From a virus (taxonomy: Duplodnaviria; Caudoviricetes): a stretch of DNA of 50,759 bases. Below, one piece after another: positions 10,092 through 18,326 of the stretch. Below the pieces are notes generated by a model. The model had not been told where the DNA came from and searched no databases. It saw only the letters and a list, made by a program, of their open reading frames with translations. The stretch is from IMG/VR virus record IMGVR_UViG_3300012201_000005, positions 1 to 50,759 of that record; one strand, 5' to 3'. Each line of letters starts with the position of its first letter. The first letter of the stretch is position 1. The position numbers and the translations under genes are program-made.

Positions 10092-10576
10092 TCTTCCAAA
10101 ACGATAATCTACTGGCGGATTGGATTCAGCATTACGCCTGCTTGATCGACGCCGTGGCCTCCTATCGGGAGTTCGTCCAGGGTAAACCATGGCGGGTTCA
10201 CGAGTTTGCCGCAGCCGTACACCTGGCTGTTGACAAGGGAATCGTCTCAGGAGACCGGACCGATGACGACGACATGGATGACCCAAACGAGGCGCTTGTT
10301 CTGGACCTTCAGAAACTCGCTGACCATTTTGGCCTTCCGTTCAAATACCTGGGGAAGTTTGACCAATCCGATTCTGTGAAGTTCCAGGGCCCGAAATATT
10401 GGGTGGTAACAAGCTGGCGAAATCCCAGAAATGGATTCATCCACTGGGTCATCGGAAACACTCGTCCCGTTCGGTGGGACTCGATCCGGGGTGGTTCCGT
10501 AACGGTTGCCGAAGGTGCCCCATATCCTTTGCAAAAAGATGGGAGTGGAGGAATCCGCGTGTTCCAAGTAGTTTAA
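10088..10576 (+). CDS. Putative endolysin, C39/papain-like peptidase (resembles Borrelia DUF261 type)
   Basis: Q-N...IQHYAC (Gln/Cys), later HWVIG and WDS (His/Asp); in lysis-module position. Confidence 0.5.
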   Translation: MIFQNDNLLADWIQHYACLIDAVASYREFVQGKPWRVHEFAAAVHLAVDKGIVSGDRTDDDDMDDPNEALVLDLQKLADHFGLPFKYLGKFDQSDSVKFQGPKYWVVTSWRNPRNGFIHWVIGNTRPVRWDSIRGGSVTVAEGAPYPLQKDGSGGIRVFQVV

Positions 10577-10590
10577 TCAAGGAGGTTGGT

Positions 10591-10821
10591 ATGAATAAAA
10601 CCAAATGGTATGAGGAGTCGCCTGGGGTGACCTCGTCGAAACGAGGTTTCGGAGGGGTTGCGCTAGGGGCTGGGGTGGCCATGAAACTTATCATTTTTGT
10701 GTGGGCACTCGTTGCCCCCCTTGGCGACGTTGTCACCGCCTCGGCCCAAGCTGATGGTCTGTTGATGGCCGGAGGCGGTATCTTGTTTGGAACCGTATTT
10801 GACGTGTTCAAAAGGAGCTAG
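10591..10821 (+). CDS. Holin-like two-TM protein
   Basis: AGGAGG SD; GVTSSKR motif then two hydrophobic helices and a charged tail. Confidence 0.6.
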   Translation: MNKTKWYEESPGVTSSKRGFGGVALGAGVAMKLIIFVWALVAPLGDVVTASAQADGLLMAGGGILFGTVFDVFKRS

Positions 10822-10822
10822 C

Positions 10823-11293
10823 GTGTGCAAAAAATCATTGCGTGGTATTCAGGTCAAAACCCTTGGGTCAAAGTTATCCTTGCCCTTCCTATTGGGGCTC
10901 TTGTTTTTCTTGGTCTATTCACCCTTCGTCGAATCCCAGGCCCAACAGTCCCCGCAGACACCGCCATCGGATCAATACTCAAAGATGACGCAGGACGAGT
11001 TGCTGAAGCTGACCAAAGACAAGGACTGCTTACTCCTGGATTGGTTGAATTGGAGCGAGAAAGAGAAAGCCTTGAGGAAAGAACGAGACGAAGCCTCGGC
11101 GGAACAACTGGCAAGCCGTGACAAGCTGATCAGGGATCAAGCCATAGCTCTCAAGGCTGTCACCCAGGAGCGAGATGATGCCAAGGCTGAACTGGGACGT
11201 CAGCAGCTCATGGGCTGGCTAGAACGGGGCCTGTGGGGCCTTGGGGGCCTTGGTCTTGGATATGTTACCGGAGACTTGACACCGAAACGGTGA
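10823..11293 (+). CDS. Second spanin-like protein, overlapping in another frame
   Basis: GTG 10823; signal-like hydrophobic stretch, coiled coil, C-terminal GLWGLGGLGLGYV anchor. Confidence 0.5.
   Translation: MCKKSLRGIQVKTLGSKLSLPFLLGLLFFLVYSPFVESQAQQSPQTPPSDQYSKMTQDELLKLTKDKDCLLLDWLNWSEKEKALRKERDEASAEQLASRDKLIRDQAIALKAVTQERDDAKAELGRQQLMGWLERGLWGLGGLGLGYVTGDLTPKR
10825..11121 (+). CDS. i-spanin-like protein
   Basis: N-terminal TM helix followed by a charged coiled-coil region; end of lysis module. Confidence 0.5.
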   Translation: MQKIIAWYSGQNPWVKVILALPIGALVFLGLFTLRRIPGPTVPADTAIGSILKDDAGRVAEADQRQGLLTPGLVELERERESLEERTRRSLGGTTGKP

Positions 11294-11439
11294 GGGTGTA
11301 GATTCCTGTAATCCGCTAAGTGATCCTAAAAATCCATGTTAGGGATCAACGGTTCGACATCGACACCCGAGAAGGATAGAAGGCCGAGCGTCGGAAAAGG
11401 CTTGATAGAGTCGGGATTCTAGATGCCGATATCACTAAC

Positions 11440-11465
11440 CAGACTTCGCGGTCTGATTTTTTATT
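11440..11465 (+). terminator. Intrinsic terminator ending the late/lysis transcript
   Basis: CAGAC-TTCGCG-GTCTG followed by ATTTTTTATT. Confidence 0.6.
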
Positions 11466-11562
11466 CCCCTCTCTTGACAAAGCGATCCATCGGCATGATT
11501 CTTGAATCTACTGCTCACTGTGGGCAAAGTTTTTTCTACATCTTTTAAAAGGAGGATGCCCA

Positions 11563-11994
11563 ATGCTCAAACATTGGCTATTGGTCGCGCTGGCGGTCTT
11601 CGGACTTCTGGCGGTTGACCTATATGCTTCGCCCCCCGATCCCGGTGGCCAGATGGTTTCGACTGCCATCACCCCCAATTCCACTTTCCTGACCGGAGGC
11701 ACAATCGAACGTTCCACGGTCCCGGCCTTCGAAGCCTTCACAATTGCCCGAGGAGCGGCCTATCTGGCCGTGGGCATCGTCGGGGTTGGGCTTCTAGCTA
11801 TTCTGTTCGCGCTCACTTTGTCCCCTCTTTTCATAGGTCAGAGCGCCAACGGTCCTTCGAGGTACTTCAACACTGGCCCCGCTTCGCCGGTTCCTGACCG
11901 ATACGACAAGGCTGAAGTCGGTGAAATGTTTGGCGACTACCTTGGAAAGTTCAAGCAAACCAAGAGTCCCGTTTTGAAGTCCCATAGCGCATAA
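11563..11994 (+). CDS. Moron-like membrane protein
   Basis: TTGACA at ~11474, AGGAGG SD, signal peptide plus internal TM, own downstream terminator. Confidence 0.65.
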   Translation: MLKHWLLVALAVFGLLAVDLYASPPDPGGQMVSTAITPNSTFLTGGTIERSTVPAFEAFTIARGAAYLAVGIVGVGLLAILFALTLSPLFIGQSANGPSRYFNTGPASPVPDRYDKAEVGEMFGDYLGKFKQTKSPVLKSHSA

Positions 11995-12108
11995 TCCTTC
12001 AGGTCACTTGACCACGGAACTTGCAAGCGCCGGTTTGAATCCTTGCAAGTTCCCCCAACCAAGGGATATCGGACAAAACGAAGTCCATCCGTCACAGACG
12101 GTCCCGAC

Positions 12109-12136
12109 GCCCTCCACTACGGAGGGCTTTTTTTAT
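12109..12136 (+). terminator. Intrinsic terminator
   Basis: GCCCTCC-ACTAC-GGAGGGC followed by TTTTTTTATT. Confidence 0.85.
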
Positions 12137-12160
12137 TCCCAAAAAATCTTTCGATTCCTC

Positions 12161-12189
12161 TTGCTAAACCTCATAACCAACTGTATACT
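12161..12189 (+). promoter_or_regulatory. Sigma70-type early promoter with CAACTGTA box
   Basis: TTGCTA-17 bp-TATACT with TG extension. Confidence 0.65.
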
Positions 12190-12229
12190 TACTATAAGGC
12201 CAACAGAGAAGTTGGGAAAGGATCTGAAA

Positions 12230-12412
12230 ATGATCAAGCACACCGACGAAACGATAGCCGCCTTGATTGCCAAGCTCGATACCCTGGATATCAACAGCGA
12301 TGAAGCGGAAGTGCTGAGGCACGAGATTGCCAAGTTGTTGATCGAGGACAGCCGCAAGATTCAGCAATCGGAATTGTCGATGGTGTTTTGTCAGTTGCTG
12401 ACCTCAATGTAG
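12230..12412 (+). CDS. Small hypothetical protein
   Basis: AAGGA SD, ATG 12230, 60 aa. Confidence 0.6.
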   Translation: MIKHTDETIAALIAKLDTLDINSDEAEVLRHEIAKLLIEDSRKIQQSELSMVFCQLLTSM

Positions 12413-12442
12413 GTCATAAGTTTATGTAAGGGAGGAACTAAT

Positions 12443-12553
12443 ATGGTGCTTTTCATTGGTTCTGTTTTGATTCTTGTCATCGTTGTGATGGCTTGGGGAT
12501 CAGTGGTGATTCTCGACCTAGTGACCCGGGATGCTGACGGGTATCCCAAGTAA
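12443..12553 (+). CDS. 36-aa single-TM peptide (not in ORF track)
   Basis: GGAGG SD; MVLFIGSVLILVIVVMAWGSVVILDLVTRDADGYPK. Confidence 0.6.
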   Translation: MVLFIGSVLILVIVVMAWGSVVILDLVTRDADGYPK

Positions 12554-12576
12554 GAAGCAGCCATCTTCGGAAGGCC

Positions 12577-12629
12577 CTCCTCCATCGCTGTAAGCGGTGC
12601 TGATGATGACTCAAAAGAGTCGAAAGGAG
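12577..12629 (+). ncRNA. Type III hammerhead ribozyme
   Basis: CTCC-T-C^ stem I CATCGC/GCGGTG, core CTGATGA, extra T, stem II GACTC-AAAA-GAGTC, GAAA, stem III GGAG pairing with CTCC. Confidence 0.85.
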
Positions 12630-12635
12630 TTCGGA

Positions 12636-12758
12636 ATGAAGAATCGCAAACTGACCAAGGAACAGCAAATGGCCAAGCTCAAGAAGAGCAACGCCAAGTT
12701 CGGCGACTCGAACGGTGATAAGGCCGTGAAGCTGGCCAAACTCGCCAAGAAGTCCTAA
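12636..12758 (+). CDS. 40-aa Lys-rich peptide (not in ORF track)
   Basis: AAAGGAG SD 6 nt upstream; MKNRKLTKEQQMAKLKKSNAKFGDSNGDKAVKLAKLAKKS. Confidence 0.65.
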   Translation: MKNRKLTKEQQMAKLKKSNAKFGDSNGDKAVKLAKLAKKS

Positions 12759-12830
12759 CCCTGACCCAAGCCACCTAACTTCGATTTGGTGGCTTGGTAC
12801 GTGACTGAGGCTAAGTCAAAAGGAGTGAGA

Positions 12831-13160
12831 ATGAATCATCTGAACAGTTTTTTGATTGAGGGAAATCTGACGGCGACCCCCGAGTATAATTCTCTCAAGA
12901 ATCGCTGCATCTTCACAATTGAGTCGATGCGTTACTACAACCAAGACAATGAGAAGAAAGTCGAGGTTTCACGCTTTGACGTTGAGACATGGAACAATAA
13001 CGCCCAGCTTTGTATGAAAGCTCTTTCTAAGGGGCGCGGCGTTCGGGTCGTGGGTCGGGTCAAAGCGGTTGACGGGATTGCCATTGTTATCGGTGAGACC
13101 GTCGAGTTCAAGGCGAGGTTAGACAAAAAGCCTTCGGAGGTTGGCTATGACCGTCCTTGA
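12831..13160 (+). CDS. ssb: Single-stranded DNA-binding protein
   Basis: MNHLNSFLIEGNL...FDVETW...LSKGRGVRVVGR OB-fold motifs; no acidic DDIPF tail. Confidence 0.85.
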   Translation: MNHLNSFLIEGNLTATPEYNSLKNRCIFTIESMRYYNQDNEKKVEVSRFDVETWNNNAQLCMKALSKGRGVRVVGRVKAVDGIAIVIGETVEFKARLDKKPSEVGYDRP

Positions 13161-13389
13161 AAAGTGCCTTTACGAAGCCGACGTCAACAAAGTGTGTGCG
13201 AAGAAGTCCCCCACGAAGACGATAAAAGACCACTTCCTTGCCGATGCTGAACTCTGGAAAGCCAGAGCTAGACGGTTAACCCCGGAGCAAGCGGCAAAGA
13301 ACGTGAACGAGGTAAACTGGGACGAGATGTTCAAGCCACTTCCCAAACGGCCTGTTCTCATTACTACGAACGAAGAGGAGGAAGACTGA
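13147..13389 (+). CDS. Hypothetical protein
   Basis: GGAGG SD, overlaps the ssb end. Confidence 0.55.
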   Translation: MTVLEKCLYEADVNKVCAKKSPTKTIKDHFLADAELWKARARRLTPEQAAKNVNEVNWDEMFKPLPKRPVLITTNEEEED

Positions 13390-13571
13390 TGTTCATTTGC
13401 AAGCAATGCGTTCTTCCTAAGGCGAAATAGAGGTTTGACATCCCGATGAGCTTGAGCCTGGGGACTTGCGAAGTGTGCAGGACGAAACTGATGCCCTGCT
13501 TTGATGGGCCCCAGGTCATTGTCGATATAGAAGCAGTCACGAAGCCGAGACAGCAAGAAAAAGAAACGTGA
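13389..13571 (+). pseudogene. Small Cys-rich (zinc finger) ORF interrupted by in-frame TAG
   Basis: MFICKQC...AK*RFD...CEVC...PCFD; TAG at 13428-13430 lies between two CxxC pairs. Confidence 0.55.
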
Positions 13572-13620
13572 TTCCCTGGGATGGGGCCGGTGACAGGGCG
13601 GGGAAACTCGACTGAAGGTG

Positions 13621-13733
13621 TCCATGATGGCCTGAACGGTATCGGCACACTGATGATCAACGGTGGAACGCAGTTGCCCTAAGAACGGTGAAACCGGAAA
13701 AGGTGGTTAGGGGTTCGAATCCCTTTCATGGAT
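13621..13733 (+). tRNA. Non-canonical tRNA / tRNA-like RNA (113 nt)
   Basis: Acceptor TCCATGA/TCATGGA, D arm GCC..GGC containing GG, stem CACTG/CGGTG with 8-nt loop, ~43-nt extra arm, T arm AGGGG-TTCGAAT-CCCTT. Confidence 0.7.
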
Positions 13734-13755
13734 AAAAGCTCGTTGGGCAAAAGGA

Positions 13756-15036
13756 GTGAAAATGGAACGAATCGAGAAAAGGGCTGACGAACTTCATGCC
13801 CTGGGGTTGAAGTTTGACGGTGAGCAATACCACGGCACCTGGAACATGATTGACATCAACGTCCATCATATTGAGATGACAACCATGAACGAAGAGGACT
13901 GGGGCAAGATGGTGTCCGACCTCAAGAAAGTCATCATCGAGCATGGTCCATCTTTGCCGGTGGCTGAGCTTCCGGCATTGATCGGCACCATCGAGGACGT
14001 TCCTGCGGGAACGATCAAGAACGCGCTGGTCAAGTTGAACATCACAGACGTTGAGCTTGCCAAGATCAGAACGTTGGTCATATCGGCTGTTGAGAAATAT
14101 GACGGCACCAAGGCGTCCTATGAGGCCGTCAAGCGCGCCAGGCTCGATGTGGTGCCCAAGCGCACTTCGGTCAAAAAAGAGGCTGAGGAAGGCAGGGCCG
14201 AGGCAATCCAGGTGCAAAAGCTTTGGATCGGTGCCGAGAAGACCGTCACGAAGTTCTACGCCGACTTGGAAGCCCTTTGTGTCGCCAAAGAAGCCGAATA
14301 TGAAGCCGAAATCAAGCGCAAGGCCGACGAAGCCGAAGCCAAAGAAAAAGTTCGGGTGCAAGCACTTCTCGACCGGCTGACCCCGTTTGAGTGGGCAGGG
14401 AACCCATTTGAGGTTGCCCAGGACACTCCCGCCATGTTCGCCGAAAGGTTGGCTAAGGCTCAGGAGTCGTTTCGGCTGATCGAAGCGGGGCGCAAGGCTG
14501 AGGCTGATCGTTTGGCCCGTGAAGAACAGGAGCGCAAAGACGCCGAGGAACGCAACCGGATCGAAGCCGAACGTCTGGCCAAGATTCAGCGCGAACAAGA
14601 CGCCGCTGCCGCCAAGCTCAAGGCCGACCAGGAAGCCTTCGCCAAACAACAGCAGGAAGCCCGTGAAGCCGCCGACTGTGCCGAGCGTGAAAGACTGGCC
14701 AAGGTTGCCGCGGACGAACGGCAAGCACGACTCAAGGCCGAAGCGGAGACTTTGCGCCTTAAGAAGGAAGCTGATGCGAAGCTCAGGGCCGAGGAAGACG
14801 CGAAGCAAGCCCAGTTGAAGGCCGAAGCTGACGCCAAGGCCGCAGAAGCTGAAAAGGCACGGTTGGCTGCACTGGCCCCGGACAAGGAAAAGGTCAAGGC
14901 TTGGGCCTGGAACATCGAAGCTGAGATTGACGACGACCTTCCCGAGGTCCAGGACAAGGAACTCTTTGCCGCCATGGCTTCGACGAAGGTCCAGATCATG
15001 GACTTGATTCACGCCCTGATGGCACTCGCTAAGTAA
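13756..15036 (+). CDS. Long coiled-coil (A/E/K/R-rich) early protein
   Basis: AAGGAG SD; 426 aa with an extended charged helical repeat region. Confidence 0.8.
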   Translation: MKMERIEKRADELHALGLKFDGEQYHGTWNMIDINVHHIEMTTMNEEDWGKMVSDLKKVIIEHGPSLPVAELPALIGTIEDVPAGTIKNALVKLNITDVELAKIRTLVISAVEKYDGTKASYEAVKRARLDVVPKRTSVKKEAEEGRAEAIQVQKLWIGAEKTVTKFYADLEALCVAKEAEYEAEIKRKADEAEAKEKVRVQALLDRLTPFEWAGNPFEVAQDTPAMFAERLAKAQESFRLIEAGRKAEADRLAREEQERKDAEERNRIEAERLAKIQREQDAAAAKLKADQEAFAKQQQEAREAADCAERERLAKVAADERQARLKAEAETLRLKKEADAKLRAEEDAKQAQLKAEADAKAAEAEKARLAALAPDKEKVKAWAWNIEAEIDDDLPEVQDKELFAAMASTKVQIMDLIHALMALAK

Positions 15037-15078
15037 CAAAGAAAGTTGGACCGGCGCGGATCGACCGGAAAGGAAGGA

Positions 15079-15445
15079 ATGGTGAGAGTGTTCAATAAAG
15101 CGACAGCCTATTTGTTGGCGCTTGTGGCGTTCTGTTTTGCATGGTTCGCGGTTTTCCGATCAGATTGAAGGAGCCATTGAAAGTAAAGTGAAAACAGAGC
15201 AAGCCACCTTGCAGAAGCAATTTCAAGTCGCCTAGGCCCGAGCTGAGGCCGATATTCAAGTGGCACGGGCTACCGGAGAAGCTGCGGCAAACGTCATCCT
15301 TGCGAGATCCATTAGCCCGGAGATTTTGCAGCTCAAGGCACTCCAAAACCAGGAAGCATTTATCGAAGCTCTGAAATCTGGAAAGGCCACAATGCCGACT
15401 CCCTACGTTACAAGTGGTTCTCAGACATTCATCCCGCTCAAGTAG
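15079..15445 (+). pseudogene. SPFH/prohibitin-family remnant
   Basis: N-terminal TM ORF stops early; another frame gives AIESKVKTEQ...VA*ARAEADIQVARATGEAAAN...SISPEIL, the SPFH C-terminal coiled coil; core domain missing, TAG at 15233. Confidence 0.65.
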
Positions 15446-15466
15446 ATATCGGATTCGTTCTATCAA

Positions 15467-15491
15467 GACCCATCTTCGGATGGGCTTTTTT
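15467..15491 (+). terminator. Intrinsic terminator
   Basis: CCCATC-TTCG-GATGGG followed by CTTTTTT. Confidence 0.8.
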
Positions 15492-15567
15492 GCTTTACCC
15501 TTGCAAACCATCATTATCAACTATATACTATTTACAGGTGAACAAAGATTCCCAAAGGAAGGACAAG

Positions 15568-16423
15568 ATGACCGTGACCAGATACCAATACATGAAAAAC
15601 GAACTGGACAACGCCGAGTTGAAAGCGCAAACGCTGGAGGATCCAATCGACAGGGCGCTCTTTGCGATCCATGCCGACAAGGTTCGCGCTCGGATTGATT
15701 CGATGTCGGTGGCCGAGGCGTCGGTGGTTATGTTCGAAGAAGACGGTATTTCGGAATGATCGTATCCAACCTCAAAGAAAACGACCCCATCCAAATCCAT
15801 GGCAAACCTGATGATGACTGGCGATTCTACCGGAGACATCCCAGCGGCATGATTGAGCTTTGGCGACGGCGTAAGAATGGGTCCATGGATTTCAAGGTAG
15901 TGAAAGAGTCGGATATTGTTACGGTACCAACTGTACAAAACTAGCGTTATGCTATACAATACAGAGAGACGGAAAGACCTGAAGGTATGAAAAGGAGTTT
16001 GAAATGAAATGTCCGAAATATGAATACCACGTGCAGACATGGGGCGGCTTCTACAACAAAGAACATGCTAAGAAGCACAAGCTTAAAGAAGGAGACTTCT
16101 TCTTTGACACCAAAGAGGCCCGGAACTCTTTCATTGAGAACCGTCGGCGCATCGAGAAAGAACTAGACGCCCATGTCTTGATGATCGACACAACTGAGGG
16201 GTTTTGTTCAAGAATCAAGACGGTACTTCACCGCGTCATCGAGGTTGATGGCGTCCAGTACTACTCCCAAAGAGAAATGGGATTCAACTATCCCTTTGGC
16301 GCGGCCAAGTATCACATGGAATGGAAGTGGTACCCAGGATTCAATGACTATCCACTTGGGGAAGGCTTCGATTACTCCGGGGTCAAGATCGTGCAAGCGT
16401 GGATCACTGGAGCATGGCAATAA
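15568..16423 (+). CDS. Three small hypothetical genes (15568-15759, 15756-15944, 16004-16423)
   Basis: SD-preceded or stop/start-coupled ORFs downstream of promoters at 15501 and 15932. Confidence 0.6.
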
Positions 16424-16458
16424 CTGGATTTGAAAGACCGGTAAAAGGAGTCTAAAGA

Positions 16459-16590
16459 ATGAAAAAGATACTTTGGCTGGGCGTCAACCTCGGGGACAAG
16501 GCGCACACTGCGGAAGGTGACATTTTGGCCACCATTGAAGTTTGGAAGAAACTCGTCGAGCACGACGAAAGGATTGAAAAGAATGTCTGA
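16459..16590 (+). pseudogene. Internally deleted DEDDh (DnaQ-like) exonuclease remnant
   Basis: MKKILWL fused to GVNLGDKAHTAEGDILATIEVWKKL (ExoIII motif HxAxxD); only 43 aa. Confidence 0.5.
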
Positions 16591-17404
16591 CCATAACGAA
16601 TCCAAAGCCGAAGTCTTGGACTTTGACGAAGCGCGAACGAATGAAGTTGCCATCAAGGGCCATTCCGGTCCTGAGCATATCAATGTCCCCACGATGGTCC
16701 AGCCTCCCACGGTGATTTCCATGACCAGTCAGGAGCTTGTGACCTTCGCCGTCCTGAACGACAAACTTGACATGCTGGACCGGGTTATCGCGTTGAAGAA
16801 CGCCGAAGAAGACCGGGCGGCTAAGATCGAGTTTGACCGCCACTTTGCCGAGATGCAGAAGGACTATGAACCAGTCCGACGCTCTACCAATGGACAGTTT
16901 GGAGTATTCGCTGACTTGAACGCCATCTTGTCAGTCTATGGGCCAATCCTGGCGAAGCACGGTTTTTCAACTTCGTGGGAAGAAGAAGACATCCCGGAAC
17001 AGAAGGGTTGGAAGCGGATTTGGAACCTCATCAGCGGGTACGGGTACACCAAGCGGGTCAAGTTCGACTGCCCACCGGCTCCGTCCATTGATGGGGGGGC
17101 CAAGGGTGCCAACGTGATCCAGCTTCAGGGAATCCAAACCAGCTATGGAAAGCGCTACAGCTTCAATTCGAACGCTGGCGTAATCCTCACCGACGAGGAC
17201 AAGGACGGGGCTTCCTTTGAGGATGGCGTGAAACTGGGGCAAGCATTCCAGTTGATCCGGGAAGCCACTACGCAGGCGGCACGGAAGCAAGCGTACATGG
17301 CCGCGATTCAGGGCAAAGACCTGACCGAACGGGAAAAGATCCTCATTTCTGAGGAGTCAAAGTGCAAGGCAAAGGAATTGTTTGATGCTGGGGTGAAGGA
17401 ATGA
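16583..17404 (+). CDS. erf: ERF-family single-strand annealing protein
   Basis: FAEMQ...FADLNAI...PILAKHGFS...QLQGIQTSYGKRYS...DEDKDG motifs. Confidence 0.85.
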   Translation: MSDHNESKAEVLDFDEARTNEVAIKGHSGPEHINVPTMVQPPTVISMTSQELVTFAVLNDKLDMLDRVIALKNAEEDRAAKIEFDRHFAEMQKDYEPVRRSTNGQFGVFADLNAILSVYGPILAKHGFSTSWEEEDIPEQKGWKRIWNLISGYGYTKRVKFDCPPAPSIDGGAKGANVIQLQGIQTSYGKRYSFNSNAGVILTDEDKDGASFEDGVKLGQAFQLIREATTQAARKQAYMAAIQGKDLTEREKILISEESKCKAKELFDAGVKE

Positions 17405-18060
17405 TCGACCTTGCTACGAAACCCAACTGGAGATTTGACCTTATCCAAGGAACGGACGAATGGAAAGCCTGTCGTGCGGCCAAGGTCACGGCTTCAATGG
17501 TCAATGACATCTTTGCCGAGGGGACAGGGAAGAGCCGAGAGAACGCTATGGCGGCCCTTGTGCTTGAGCTTCTGACCGGAAGTCCAAGAGAGTCGTTCCA
17601 TAATAAACACACCGAACGAGGCACCGAGAATGAGCCCATGGGGAGGATTGCCTATGAGGCTTACGTTGGCGATGAAGTTGGTCAAGTTGGGTTTGTGGAT
17701 CACCGGACCATTGAACGGTACGGAGCCTCGCCGGATGGATTCCGGTGGGACAATGGGAAGTTCATTGGTTTGGAACTCAAGAATAGAACCGATGCAATCC
17801 ACATTGCTATCCTGAACGGGAAGAACATTCCGAAAGCCGATATGGACCAGATGCTCGCCCAAATGGATTGTTGCGAGTTTGAAGGCGTGGACTACGGGAG
17901 CTACAACCTCAAGTTTCCAGGGAAGATGGCCCTATTGATTCGGCGGGTATGGCGAACGGATGAGGTTGAAAAGACCATCAGAGAACGCCGGATCAAGATC
18001 AAGGAGTTTATCGAAGAGGCGGTGAATACTGCCGGAGACTTGCGGAGGAAATACGAATGA
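17401..18060 (+). CDS. YqaJ / lambda-type exonuclease
   Basis: QGTDEW..R..KVTAS, RGTENEP, GASPDG, LELK, Q..AQM motifs. Confidence 0.9.
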   Translation: MIDLATKPNWRFDLIQGTDEWKACRAAKVTASMVNDIFAEGTGKSRENAMAALVLELLTGSPRESFHNKHTERGTENEPMGRIAYEAYVGDEVGQVGFVDHRTIERYGASPDGFRWDNGKFIGLELKNRTDAIHIAILNGKNIPKADMDQMLAQMDCCEFEGVDYGSYNLKFPGKMALLIRRVWRTDEVEKTIRERRIKIKEFIEEAVNTAGDLRRKYE

Positions 18061-18326
18061 GTATCGACGTAAAGCAAGCCTACCGCGAAATGGTCCAGCA
18101 GCAGGAATCGATCCACGTAGCCCGAGCCAGGGCCAACCTAGCCATCCTTCGAGCGTCAACCATCCCTTTCATCGTCGAACCATCGGGGCTGGTAAAGGTG
18201 CGCTCTCTGGGCTATCCGGCCATTGACTTCGATCCGGGTCAAAACGTCTGGATTGTCGGGAATCGGAAGAGGATGGGCGATGGGCAATCGTTGATTGACT
18301 GGCTCAAAAGGAAGGCGATGAGATGA
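18057..18326 (+). CDS. Hypothetical protein
   Basis: ATGA-coupled ORF. Confidence 0.6.
   Translation: MSIDVKQAYREMVQQQESIHVARARANLAILRASTIPFIVEPSGLVKVRSLGYPAIDFDPGQNVWIVGNRKRMGDGQSLIDWLKRKAMR

Noticed and set aside
12008-12229. Long N-terminal extension of ORF 12008-12412
   Set aside because: Runs through a terminator and promoter; the real start is ATG 12230
13650-13706. Second hammerhead (CTGATGA...GAAAC) inside the tRNA-like element
   Set aside because: Stem II does not abut GAAA, the cleavage triplet would be GUG, and stem I cannot form
13726-15039. 437-aa minus-strand ORF (also 40516-41283 and 46642-47475)
   Set aside because: Antisense shadows of codon-biased + strand genes; no motifs or SD
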